A stretch of DNA of 56,762 nt, filler included, from an uncultured virus (IMG/VR IMGVR_UViG_2049941000_000078) (17 parts of one record of this genome joined end to end with filler, not necessarily neighbours in it), one strand, 5' to 3'; positions 43,399 to 53,148 are shown, numbered from the whole stretch's first letter. Notes: a model not told the origin generated them from the sequence alone. Numbers and translations are program-made.

Positions 43399-43869
43399 AT
43401 GGCGAAGAGAGAGTTATTGTACGTGAGAGTTGAGACGCTGCCGAATGGCTATGCCTTTACGGTTGGCAGTAAGGAATATATGTGTTACACCGAAGAGCAG
43501 CTGGTAGACGAGGTGTTTACAAGAATAGCCATCGGTGAGCGCGAATACCTCGACAAGGAAAACGTCTCGGCTATCATGGAGGCTTGTGCCAAATGGCAAA
43601 CTATTGGCGACGCACTAAAGGCGAATTCACAACTGTTGGCAGAAACTCGCCGAGCCCAGCGTCACGAATGTCTGGCAAACACTGCCCAGGCGAAGGCCAA
43701 TGAGCGTGCCGAGAAAATAAAGAAGGAGCGCGACGAGCTATGGAATGAAAATATCCAACTGAATATGGAGCTCGAAACACTCTCGAAGAAGATGAAGTAT
43801 TTCGACAACATTCTTGTCGGTGATTTGCCAAAAGACGACAGACACAAGAAAAATCACAAGAAGCGATGA
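43399..43869 (+). CDS. Hypothetical coiled-coil protein
   Basis: Complete ORF within the operon. Confidence 0.55.
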   Translation: MAKRELLYVRVETLPNGYAFTVGSKEYMCYTEEQLVDEVFTRIAIGEREYLDKENVSAIMEACAKWQTIGDALKANSQLLAETRRAQRHECLANTAQAKANERAEKIKKERDELWNENIQLNMELETLSKKMKYFDNILVGDLPKDDRHKKNHKKR

Positions 43870-44157
43870 GANNNNNNNNNNNNNNNNNNNNNNNNNNNNN
43901 NNNNNNNNNNNNNNNNNNNNNNNNNCGGCGACAGCGCGACCATGAGCGGTACTTAGAGAAGCGTGAAGAGATACTTGCAAAGCAGAAGTTATACCGCGAA
44001 ACCCATAAGGAGGAAATTAAGAAAAGAAGGCGTGAGCGGAACTTTGTAAAAATCTATCTCAATCCGAAGAAACCAACTAAAACACGCTCGGAACTGAATC
44101 ACTCATATTACATGAGACACCGTGAGGAAATCCTCGCCAAATGGAGAGAGAAATATT

Positions 44158-44647
44158 ATGGAAAAAGAAGAGAGTAACAATATACCACAGCCACAGACAT
44201 TCGAGCAAACGGGCATGGAAGAACTAAGACCATATCTGCTCGATGCGAGCAGAGACTATCCAGAGCCATTCTACATGCTTGAATATAATGGCGTACCATT
44301 CTCGGCTATCGGCGGCATCCAGGCACTAAGCGGACAGAAAAAGAACGGCAAGACGTTCGTCATTGCCCAGCTGATTGCCGTATGCCTTGCCCCTGATTCG
44401 CCGAGAGTGCATGACAACCTGCCAGGGCTGACGGTGCCACAACGCACGCTCGACCATCTCGGCCACATGCCGAAGGTTTTATGGATAGATACCGAGATGG
44501 AGCAGTTGAACTCGGCGAAGGTGCTCAGGAGAGTGCATTGGCTGATAGAACAACCGCTGAACGTGCCGCATGAGCGATTCCACGTTCTATGGATGCGTAC
44601 CGTCGAAGGCTCAGAACAAGAGCCAGCATTCCGAAAACGGTTCCGTC
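44158..44647 (+). CDS. AAA/RecA-like ATPase (helicase-like), N-terminal part
   Basis: Walker A SGQKKNGKT, VLWIDTE; probable C-terminus 46026..46304 ending DLPF. Confidence 0.8.
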
Positions 44648-44747
44648 NNNNNNNNNNNNNNNNNNNNNNNNNNNNNNNNNNNNNNNNNNNNTTAATTAAT
44701 TAANNNNNNNNNNNNNNNNNNNNNNNNNNNNNNNNNNNNNNNNNNNN

Positions 44748-45463
44748 GCAAACATGGTCATACAATATTCTGGCAGATAGACGAACAAGGACGACTGCGC
44801 ACGGGGAAGATGATGAAGTACCGCGAGGACGGCCACCGCGACAAGGAGGCCAAGTGGAACTTCGACTGGATTCACGCCACGCTCAGTCGACACTGGGACA
44901 CGGAACGTCAGGAGATGACCGACGAACCGCCTTATCCATTCCCACACCTGTACGACCCATCAAGGCAGGAGCCGCATATCACCTTCTTCGGTATGCACCT
45001 GCTGAACCGATGGAAGCGAAATGACATCGGGCAGACGGTGTGCATCGTGGAATCGGAGAAGACGGCCCTGCTGATGGCAATAGCCTACGGCAACCATGCT
45101 AAGCAAGTATGGATCGCTTGCGGCGGATTGGAGATGCTGACGCGCGAACGGCTTCAACCCATCATCGACCAGCGACGCAGAATCGTCCTCTACCCAGACC
45201 GCGACGGCATCAAGAAATGGCAGCAGAAGGCCGAGCAGTTGCACTACGACCGCCTGACCATCGACACCACGCCAGTCACGAAATGGTGGAAGCATGAAGA
45301 CGGTGAGAAGGCCGACATCGCGGATGTAGTCGTCCGAATGATCAACGAGTCGCTTCCGCTGACAACCATCGCCGACGTGAAGCGCGAAATGCCGAACACG
45401 GCACCATTAATCGACAAACTTAACTTAGAGATAGACAATGACAGAACAAAAACAAGTGACTGA
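44748..45463 (+). CDS. Toprim primase-like protein (DUF6371-like), C-terminal part
   Basis: FFGMHLL, CIVESEKTA, WIACGG, LYPDRDG, ADIAD. Confidence 0.8.
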
Positions 45464-46015
45464 AGGCGGCAACGCGACATTCTCAGTGAAGGTGTCGCAA
45501 GCGGTGTACGACCTGATCAACATACTGGCTGAAGGGCTTGCGCACGGCACGAACGGAAATGACCTGCTGAAGATGTTCATCCAGTCGTTCATCGAGAGCG
45601 CGAAGCACGACGGCCCCGTGTCGCCGGAGATTCAGATGTTCCTGAACATGCTGAAGATTGACCCCGCGTGGCACAAGGCTTTCAACTTCGCGGACGTGAC
45701 GGCACAGATGGACGTGGCTCAGTTGGTGATGATTCTCCAGCAGCCAGGGCGCAAGGGCTTTGGGTTGGTGATGATAGACAAGCCGTTCATGGGCGACGCG
45801 ACGATGACCTACTGCGTGGATGATATACTCGAAAGGATTCTGAAACTCGCCATGCCTGGACTCGACAAGCGGCTGGAGTGGATAGAACAGCAGTTCCATT
45901 GCACGTCCAGACGTGAGACGCTGATACTGCTGTGCGAGTACATGGCAGACTACTTGAAGCGAGAGCAAGACCTGAGCGAAATGCCTGGATATGGCACATA
46001 TCACGACTTCGGAAA
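45438..46015 (+). CDS. Hypothetical protein, partial
   Basis: Long ORF overlapping the primase end. Confidence 0.6.
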
Positions 46016-46699
46016 NNNNNNNNNNGCCGGAGGCAGCAGCACACCACCGCCAGCGAAGAAGGTGGAGCCAGACAGCCGTGAAGACATCCTAAAATGGATC
46101 AACGAGGGCATGAGTCGCCACGACTGGCCGATGAGCAGGTCATCTATTAAGCAGCTTATCTTTGAAGAGATTGGTGGTGTCAAGCGGAGCGACCAACAGC
46201 AGGCAGACCTGATAGCTGCCATCAACTATGGATTCCTCGAAGAATCGACTATCAAACAGAAAGGCTATTACATGCTTCAGCCACCTGAAGATTTGCCATT
46301 CTAAAATGTTATCCCAACTGTCCCTCTATCCCTAAAGGGATAGGTGATGTTGTCCCAATNNNNNNNNNNATATGGTCAGAAGTATAAGCGCAAGCCGCAC
46401 CGCACACCCGACTCACTCGCCAACTCTCAGCAGCTAAGACTCTTTGACCCTGACAAGCCATACGGTGAGCAGGCCGNNNNNNNNNNAAGAGATGGAGAAG
46501 TTGTGCTATAATCCCAACAACATCCGCTTGCTATGCGTTGCCTGCCACATCAAGACCCATGCCGAGGCCAAGAGCCACACGAAGGAGCAAGTAAAAGCAA
46601 ACAAGGCGCGANNNNNNNNNNAAGTATCTGGCCGACCTCGAAGAGCGAGCAAAAGAGGATGAGTTAGGCTTCAGACCATTCGACCAAGAGTATTGAACC

Positions 46700-47074
46700 A
46701 TGAGCAGAGATCCAAGATACCAGAAGCTGCTGAACCGTAAGCTGTGGGACATCACAAAGGCTTTCGTGTGGAAGCGTGCCAACGGATGCTGTGAGATGTG
46801 CATGAAGGAAGGCATCGTGACTGGTAGCCTGACGAAGCAACTGGACTGCCACCACATCGTGCCGGTTGAGTCAGGGCGCACGGTGCAAGAGATGGAGCGA
46901 CTGTGCTACGACGTGAACAACATCATGTTGGTGTGCCAGGATTGCCACATCAAGATTCACACCGAGGCCAAGAGCCACACGAAGGAGCAAGTAAAAGCAA
47001 ACAAGGCGCGAGCTCGACGGAGGTTTCTCGAAGCCAACGATCCGAACTTCGTGCCTGATGGTGATGGCGGATAA
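46700..47074 (+). CDS. HNH endonuclease (packaging-associated type)
   Basis: CEMC..DCHHIVP..N..LVCQDCH..IH; second allele at 46487..46611. Confidence 0.85.
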   Translation: MSRDPRYQKLLNRKLWDITKAFVWKRANGCCEMCMKEGIVTGSLTKQLDCHHIVPVESGRTVQEMERLCYDVNNIMLVCQDCHIKIHTEAKSHTKEQVKANKARARRRFLEANDPNFVPDGDGG

Positions 47075-47383
47075 AACCCCGCGCGGGTCGTTTTAGTTTC
47101 AAGCGACTTTTTTCCCAAATAGANNNNNNNNNNCACGTGCTCGAACCGCATGGGCGGCAAATACTTCCGTATGACCCGCAACGGCTTGAACTGGCAACCC
47201 GGTCACCCGATGAAGGGCGAAATCAAGTGCATGGCGNNNNNNNNNNATATCCAACGGGTGAAGCTACCACCCACCAAACCTGACTGCTGCGCCAAGTGTC
47301 CGCTGCTGGGACTGGTGCCGAAGTCGGCTGACAAACCGCGCTACTCGAAGAAGAGCCATCTNNNNNNNNNNTCGACAACGACT

Positions 47384-47725
47384 ATGAGTAATATTCAGAG
47401 GGTGAAGCTACCACCCACCAAACCTGACTGTTGCGCCAAGTGCCCACTGCTGGGGCTGGTGCCGAAGTCGGCTGACAAACCGCGCTACTCGAAGAAGAGC
47501 CATCTGTGCATCGGACTACAGAAGGCGATGACCGAGGACAAGGCGAACAAGCGCGAGAGTGAATGCACCGACCCGAAGCACCCGCTACAGCGTCCGTGCG
47601 ACTTGCACTGGGACCGATGGATGACCTACCCGCACCAGATTATCAAGGTGAACAAGGCTCTCTACCGCGACAGCCGCGACCCCTATCTGGAAACCCGACA
47701 ATACACTATTGACTTCGACGATTAA
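47384..47725 (+). CDS. Cys-rich hypothetical phage protein
   Basis: KPDCCAKCPL; allele fragment at 47247..47361. Confidence 0.6.
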   Translation: MSNIQRVKLPPTKPDCCAKCPLLGLVPKSADKPRYSKKSHLCIGLQKAMTEDKANKRESECTDPKHPLQRPCDLHWDRWMTYPHQIIKVNKALYRDSRDPYLETRQYTIDFDD

Positions 47726-48000
47726 GCGATATGAAACAGGAAGAATTTGAAGCAAAAGCAAAAAGCGCATCAAAGGAGATGCTGAAGAAGAAAGCACCGA
47801 CGCGACCTGAGACCCAGTTTGTGAAGGGTGCCATGTGGGCGTGGGAGTTGCTGATGACGGGGCGCACGGTGGCGGAGTATGANNNNNNNNNNNNNNNNNN
47901 NNNNNNNNNNNNNNNNNNNNNNNNNNTTAATTAATTAANNNNNNNNNNNNNNNNNNNNNNNNNNNNNNNNNNNNNNNNNNNNCAACACGAATTTATACGA

Positions 48001-49140
48001 ATGACCCACGCATCAGTATTTAGTGGCATAGGTGGACCCGAAGTCGCAGCAGCGATGCTTGGGTGGCAAAACTTATTCCATTGCGAGATTAACCCATTCG
48101 GGCGCAAAGTGCTCGATTATTGGTTCCCAGATTCAAAGAGTTATGAAGACATCACAAAGACCGATTTTAGAGAATGGCGAGGACGAGTCGACGTTCTCAC
48201 TGGAGGCTTTCCGTGCCAGCCTTTCAGTTGCGCCGGGAAGCGAAGAGGCGCGGAAGATGACCGCTACCTCTGGCCGCACATGCACCGCTGCATTAACGAA
48301 ATCCAGCCCACTTGGTTCGTTGGTGAAAACGTTGCTGGAATCCTCACGATGGTTGAGCAGGGTAACGTTCATGAAGTGGCAAGTCAGGCAACTCTATTCG
48401 GAGAGGAAGATAGCATTCACGGATACGAATACCGAGGAACCTTTACCTTGGAACGAATCTGCCGCGATGTCGAAGCCGACGGATATGAAGTCACACCGAT
48501 ACTTATTCCAGCTTGCTCCATTGGGGCTCCCCACCGACGAGACCGAGTGTTCATCGTTGGGCGACGAATTGATGCCGACACCGCTGGCGGTGGAAGTACA
48601 CCACAAGGCTCGGACACAACGGGCACTCGACAAGGGGCAGAAATCCTTTCGGGGCAGACAGGACGAGGGGAGCGACACGCACCCGTCGGGAATCATGGAC
48701 TATCTTCAGTTCAAGGGGATGCTCCCGACCCCGACGGCGATAGAGGGCTACAAGTACACGAACACATGGAACCCGAACTCGCAGATGGGGCAGAGTTTGT
48801 CGGCAATGGCTGGCAGTGGGATGTTGCCGACACCGAGAGTGAGCGGTCAGGAGGGCTACGAATCGAGGGCGAAACGCAAGGGTCACGAATGCGCCATGTC
48901 CTATTTGGAAACGGCTGTCGATTATGTCGCACACCAGACGCAATCGGTTCCCGATGGCGAGTCTTCCCGTCTGTCGCCCCTATTCACCGAGGAAATGATG
49001 GGCTTCCCTTTGATGTGGACGACCTTACCATTTCTTTCCCGAAATGGCGAAACGAGTCAGTCAAAGCCTACGGAAACGCGATAGTTCCGCAGGTCATGTA
49101 CGAGATATTCCGAGCCATCGAACAAGTAGAAACCCCATAA
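48001..49140 (+). CDS. DNA (cytosine-5) methyltransferase, alpha-type polypeptide lacking motif IX
   Basis: FSGIGG, GGFPCQ, ENV, PHRRDRVF, KAYGNAIVP. Confidence 0.92.
   Translation: MTHASVFSGIGGPEVAAAMLGWQNLFHCEINPFGRKVLDYWFPDSKSYEDITKTDFREWRGRVDVLTGGFPCQPFSCAGKRRGAEDDRYLWPHMHRCINEIQPTWFVGENVAGILTMVEQGNVHEVASQATLFGEEDSIHGYEYRGTFTLERICRDVEADGYEVTPILIPACSIGAPHRRDRVFIVGRRIDADTAGGGSTPQGSDTTGTRQGAEILSGQTGRGERHAPVGNHGLSSVQGDAPDPDGDRGLQVHEHMEPELADGAEFVGNGWQWDVADTESERSGGLRIEGETQGSRMRHVLFGNGCRLCRTPDAIGSRWRVFPSVAPIHRGNDGLPFDVDDLTISFPKWRNESVKAYGNAIVPQVMYEIFRAIEQVETP
48257..49084 (+). CDS. Nested +1-frame gene, putative beta subunit of the C5 MTase (start uncertain)
   Basis: Frame open from 48032 to 49084; MPTP/LPTP three times; RLSPLFTEEMMGFP..WT resembles motif IX. 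Confidence 0.7.
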   Translation: MTATSGRTCTAALTKSSPLGSLVKTLLESSRWLSRVTFMKWQVRQLYSERKIAFTDTNTEEPLPWNESAAMSKPTDMKSHRYLFQLAPLGLPTDETECSSLGDELMPTPLAVEVHHKARTQRALDKGQKSFRGRQDEGSDTHPSGIMDYLQFKGMLPTPTAIEGYKYTNTWNPNSQMGQSLSAMAGSGMLPTPRVSGQEGYESRAKRKGHECAMSYLETAVDYVAHQTQSVPDGESSRLSPLFTEEMMGFPLMWTTLPFLSRNGETSQSKPTETR

Positions 49141-49152
49141 AACGACAAAATC

Positions 49153-49183
49153 ATGTTTGAGAAAGTGAACCCAAGCCACCCGG
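49153..49183 (+). CDS. MetK-like protein, N-terminal fragment
   Basis: MFEKVNPSHP, equivalent to the MetK ESV..GHPDK motif; directly after the MTase. Confidence 0.6.
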
Positions 49184-49378
49184 NNNNNNNNNNCGTGAAG
49201 GCTGCCCAGTACATCCAGAACATTCAGATGAGGGCGAAGATCATGAAGAAAAAATAAACCCCAATAATATGATGGATTTGAGCTATCCCGACAAACGGGA
49301 AGCGGCGGACTCCGAGCTCTGCTCGCCTGAGCACCAACGGAGCGCAAGAAGCCTAAGGGCAAAATTAAACAAACGAAT

Positions 49379-49506
49379 ATGAAACAGGAAGATGTGAACA
49401 TCGAGGTGGTCAGCATCGACGACCTCATTCAAGACGACCACAATTTCAACAAGGGTAACGAGCAGGGTGCGCAGTTGTTGGAGCGCAGCTTCCGCGAATG
49501 TGGCGC
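49379..49506 (+). CDS. ParB-like protein, N-terminal fragment
   Basis: SIDDLIQDDHNFNKG; second allele at 50516..50578. Confidence 0.55.
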
Positions 49507-49594
49507 NNNNNNNNNNTTTGAGCGTTCCCGTTAATCGGGAAGCGGCGTAAGCCTAAGGGCAAAACGAACACGAATTACACGAATTGAACGAATT

Positions 49595-50497
49595 ATGAAA
49601 ATCGGACTGATAGACGTTGACGGGCACCACTTCCCGAACCTTGCACTGATGAAGATTGCGGGCTACCACATAGACAAAGGCGATAGTGTGGAATGGGTGA
49701 ACGGATTCGAGCACTACGACCGCATATACAAGTCGAAGGTGTTTACGTTTACGCCTGACGATACGACGTGCTACGATGCCGACGAGATAATCACGGGCGG
49801 AACGGGCTATGACATCAAGGCGAAACTACCAGACGAGATTGAGTCGTGGCGATCGCCATACTATCCGCTGTACCCACAGCATCAATTCTCGTTGCAATTC
49901 TACTCACGCGGTTGCATCCGTCATTGTCCGTTCTGCCTGGTACACGACAAAGAGGGTGGCATACATCCAGTTGAGCCGCTGAACTTGAACCCGTTTGGCA
50001 AATGGATTGAAGTGCTCGACAATAACTTCTTCGCCAATCCCGAATGGCGCAAAGCTGCCGAGGACTTGAAACGGACGGGCAAACCTGTTAAGTTTCACGG
50101 TGTGGACGTTCGCATCATGGATGAAGAGCAAGCGTGGTGGCTGAATGAACTCAGACTGAAGAACGGCGTACACGTCGCATGGGATTTGCCACAACTCGAC
50201 CTCACGGAAAGGTTGCAAGCCATGACGAAGTACATCAAGCCCTACAAGATTGTGTGCTACGTGCTCATCGGTTTCAACTCTACACGAGAGCAAGACCTGT
50301 TCCGACTGCGGACGCTGAAACGTCTGGGCATCTACCCATTCGTGCAAGCCTATCGTGACTATGAGAACAAGCGCAAGCCATCGCAGTATGAGCGCGACCT
50401 TGCACGCTGGGCAAATCGTGCGTGGCTCTTCAAGGCTATGGACTTCCTCGACTTCGAGCCTCGCAAGGGCTTCAAGTGTGCGGAGTATTTCAAATAA
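49595..50497 (+). CDS. Radical SAM protein
   Basis: SRGCIRHCPFC (CxxxCxxC), LDNNF, FPNLALMK. Confidence 0.9.
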   Translation: MKIGLIDVDGHHFPNLALMKIAGYHIDKGDSVEWVNGFEHYDRIYKSKVFTFTPDDTTCYDADEIITGGTGYDIKAKLPDEIESWRSPYYPLYPQHQFSLQFYSRGCIRHCPFCLVHDKEGGIHPVEPLNLNPFGKWIEVLDNNFFANPEWRKAAEDLKRTGKPVKFHGVDVRIMDEEQAWWLNELRLKNGVHVAWDLPQLDLTERLQAMTKYIKPYKIVCYVLIGFNSTREQDLFRLRTLKRLGIYPFVQAYRDYENKRKPSQYERDLARWANRAWLFKAMDFLDFEPRKGFKCAEYFK

Positions 50498-50714
50498 CGA
50501 ATTAAACAAACGAATATGAAACAGGAAGAAGTGAACATCGAGGTGGTCAGCATCGACGACCTCATTCAAGACGACCACNNNNNNNNNNNNNNNNNNNNNN
50601 NNNNNNNNNNNNNNNNNNNNNNTTAATTAATTAANNNNNNNNNNNNNNNNNNNNNNNNNNNNNNNNNNNNNNNNNNNNGAACACGAATTACACGAATTTA
50701 ACGAATAAGGAACT

Positions 50715-50972
50715 ATGGCAGCAACAGATTATGTTATTGTGACGGGATGGATGAACGCCTACCTCACGAAGAAAAAGAAGCCCACGAAGAAAGGGCCGCA
50801 GACAATGAGTGAAGACCGCCGACCTATCACCGAGGGCGAAATGATTGGGCTCTTTGAGTTCTATCTGCGCAAATGGTGTGAGGAACACGAAGGCGAGGAC
50901 ACCGTAGTAATCACCAACAGCGAAGGCAAGAAGATATTCGAGGCGACGCTGTTAGACAAGGAGGAGGAGTGA
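50715..50972 (+). CDS. Hypothetical protein (DUF7336/phage-type)
   Basis: Complete ORF after the CACGAATT leader and AAGGAACTATG; family assignment unsure. Confidence 0.5.
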   Translation: MAATDYVIVTGWMNAYLTKKKKPTKKGPQTMSEDRRPITEGEMIGLFEFYLRKWCEEHEGEDTVVITNSEGKKIFEATLLDKEEE

Positions 50973-50975
50973 ACT

Positions 50976-51413
50976 ATGAAGTACATTGACGCAGATAAAC
51001 TGATTGCCGAGATAAACAAAAGGCTGATGGATGTAAATCTTGAAGAGCTGCACAACATGGGGTCGCACAGGGTTTGGGCCTATAATGATGTCAAGTCCAT
51101 CATCGACGAGATGAAGCAGGAAGAGCCGACACCTCCAGGCATCGAAGAGGAAAGTAAGAGGAAAGGCTGGCTCGACTACGGACTGATGATGAGCGAGATT
51201 GGATTGCACCGCTACAATGCGATACACCGCATCAAGGAGCACAAGGAGCAGTTCAACCCGCAGGCCGTTCCCGACATCTATCACGTCGCAGAATACTACA
51301 AGGCCGTAGGTGTGGAGTTGACGTGCTGCTGCCTACAGGCATACGGCAAGGACTTCATCTTCACGCAGGACGAAGTGAAGGAAATCATCGAGAAGGAGGG
51401 CATCGACCTCTGA
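50976..51413 (+). CDS. Hypothetical protein
   Basis: MKYIDADKL start common in phage early genes. Confidence 0.55.
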   Translation: MKYIDADKLIAEINKRLMDVNLEELHNMGSHRVWAYNDVKSIIDEMKQEEPTPPGIEEESKRKGWLDYGLMMSEIGLHRYNAIHRIKEHKEQFNPQAVPDIYHVAEYYKAVGVELTCCCLQAYGKDFIFTQDEVKEIIEKEGIDL

Positions 51414-51502
51414 CCTCACCCCTCAGCCATCATCCATCGCAACCGAGTAAACCCCCGACCGCATTACGTTAGTATAGTAAAGCCCTGCGGTTNNNNNNNN
51501 NN

Positions 51503-51867
51503 CTACACGCCCGACGTGGTGTACGATGCCGTGGCCGAATGGGTGGCAAGCGAGTACAACGTGAGCCGTGCCAACTTCGTGCGCCCCTTCTATCCCGGTG
51601 GCGACTATCAGAAGGAGCGATACAAGCCGACCGACATCGTGGTGGACAATCCCCCGTTCTCAATCCTTGCTGAAATTACCCGATTCTACAAAGAGCACAA
51701 TGTCCGTTTCTTCCTGTTCGCCCCTCGCATCAGCAACCTAAGCGTTGCAAGTACGCAGGGATTCACCAATATATGCGTAGGTGCTGGAATCACTTACGAA
51801 AATGGCGCAATCGTGCCGACCTCATACATCACGAACCTTGAAGGCGAGTACATCGCAAAGTCTTCGC
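51503..51867 (+). CDS. Adenine methyltransferase-like fragment
   Basis: YTP..VY, VVDNPPFS catalytic-type motif, FFLFAP. Confidence 0.65.
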
Positions 51868-51892
51868 NNNNNNNNNNTTGCGCTGGGTAATC

Positions 51893-51937
51893 CTACGACC
51901 GAATTACGACCGAATTACGACCGAATTACGACCGAAT
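51893..51937 (+). repeat. 11-bp tandem repeat TACGACCGAAT, four copies
   Basis: Read directly; precedes AAGGAACTATG at 51956. Confidence 0.9.
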
Positions 51938-51955
51938 TTTAAAACAAAAGGAACT

Positions 51956-52363
51956 ATGAGAGAAGATTTGATTATGGCATTGGCTGAGGACATTACGATG
52001 GTGATGATCCTCAGCATTGTGATTGGATTGGTTGCTGGGTGGTACTTCACTTATCTGTACTACCACCGCCACGATTCTGAAGTGACGGACCTCGTAAAGC
52101 GACTGCCACCATCGCAGCTACTGGCACCACCGACACACGATAAGTGTCAGGGATGTGACAACAAGAAAGGCAGCGTCACATGTCACGATGGGGATCAATA
52201 TGAGCACAGTGTTCTGAAGATGAGTGATGGCCTTGTCTTGGAGTGCAGAGTTCAAGTCAACGGAATGAATGAAAGGTATCTGCTGATGCACAACCCAGTC
52301 ATCAACGACAATACACTCAATGAAGGCGACAAGGTAAAAGTAATCATCATTAAAAAGGATTGA
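51956..52363 (+). CDS. Hypothetical membrane-anchored protein
   Basis: N-terminal TM helix. Confidence 0.55.
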   Translation: MREDLIMALAEDITMVMILSIVIGLVAGWYFTYLYYHRHDSEVTDLVKRLPPSQLLAPPTHDKCQGCDNKKGSVTCHDGDQYEHSVLKMSDGLVLECRVQVNGMNERYLLMHNPVINDNTLNEGDKVKVIIIKKD

Positions 52364-52769
52364 CCTGTGACTGAAATTCTAATTGTGACAATCATCATCG
52401 CTGTGGCGGTGGTGGCGGGCATTGTGATAGTATGGCGTGAGCAGAGGCGGTTAGTAAGTGAGGCCGAATGGCTGAACAGGAACAGACCGCAGCCGAAGCC
52501 TCGCAGAGACATCAAACGAGAACTCTNNNNNNNNNNGAGCAGTGCCAAATTGGATTTGAGCACTGCCGAGGGGCGACAGAGGTGGGCGCAAGCCAACCCG
52601 AAGGTGGCCTGTGAGGTGCTCATCGGTCACGGCGAGTGCAACATCCAAGTGGAGACGAGCGAGCAGATCNNNNNNNNNNNNNNNNNNNNNNNNNNNNNNN
52701 NNNNNNNNNNNNNTTAATTAATTAANNNNNNNNNNNNNNNNNNNNNNNNNNNNNNNNNNNNNNNNNNNN

Positions 52770-53016
52770 CGAGAAGCCGCTGCTGGCTATGGACCCCGAA
52801 CGTCAGGCGAAGGTGGACAAGATGTATCTTGAGGCAGGCGTAAAGACCGTCAACGAACTGCGCGGCGAACACGATATGCCAGCTGTAGAAAATGGCAACG
52901 AGCCAATGGCTTCAGCAAACCTACTGACTCTGAAGGCTCTTTTAGCCAAGAGCGCACCCGAGCCAGGCCGACCCACAACAGAACCTAACAACGAAAACAA
53001 TGAAACTAACAAGTAA
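52770..53016 (+). CDS. Portal protein, C-terminal fragment
   Basis: GVKTVNELR...DMPAVENG. Confidence 0.8.
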
Positions 53017-53148
53017 GGAAATCGAGGACGAGCTGGAGAGAGAAATTCAGCAGTCGGCAAAGAAACAGCAGCGACGTGTGCGTCGCGCAGTAAACCCACA
53101 ACGTGGATTTGGCTGTTAAGTAGTAATATGTTTTAAATCAGATAGAAA

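Noticed and set aside
47071..47122. Possible cos site after the HNH gene
   Set aside because: The position is suggestive, but the segment is truncated by a gap and no diagnostic sequence can be confirmed.
2689..51958. Recurrent AAGGAACTATG as a recombination site
   Set aside because: Always ends at a start codon; most simply a translation initiation context.
1244..52725. Sixteen TTAATTAATTAA palindromes as a biological repeat or CRISPR-like array
   Set aside because: Always embedded in N runs and give stops in all six frames; an artificial contig linker.
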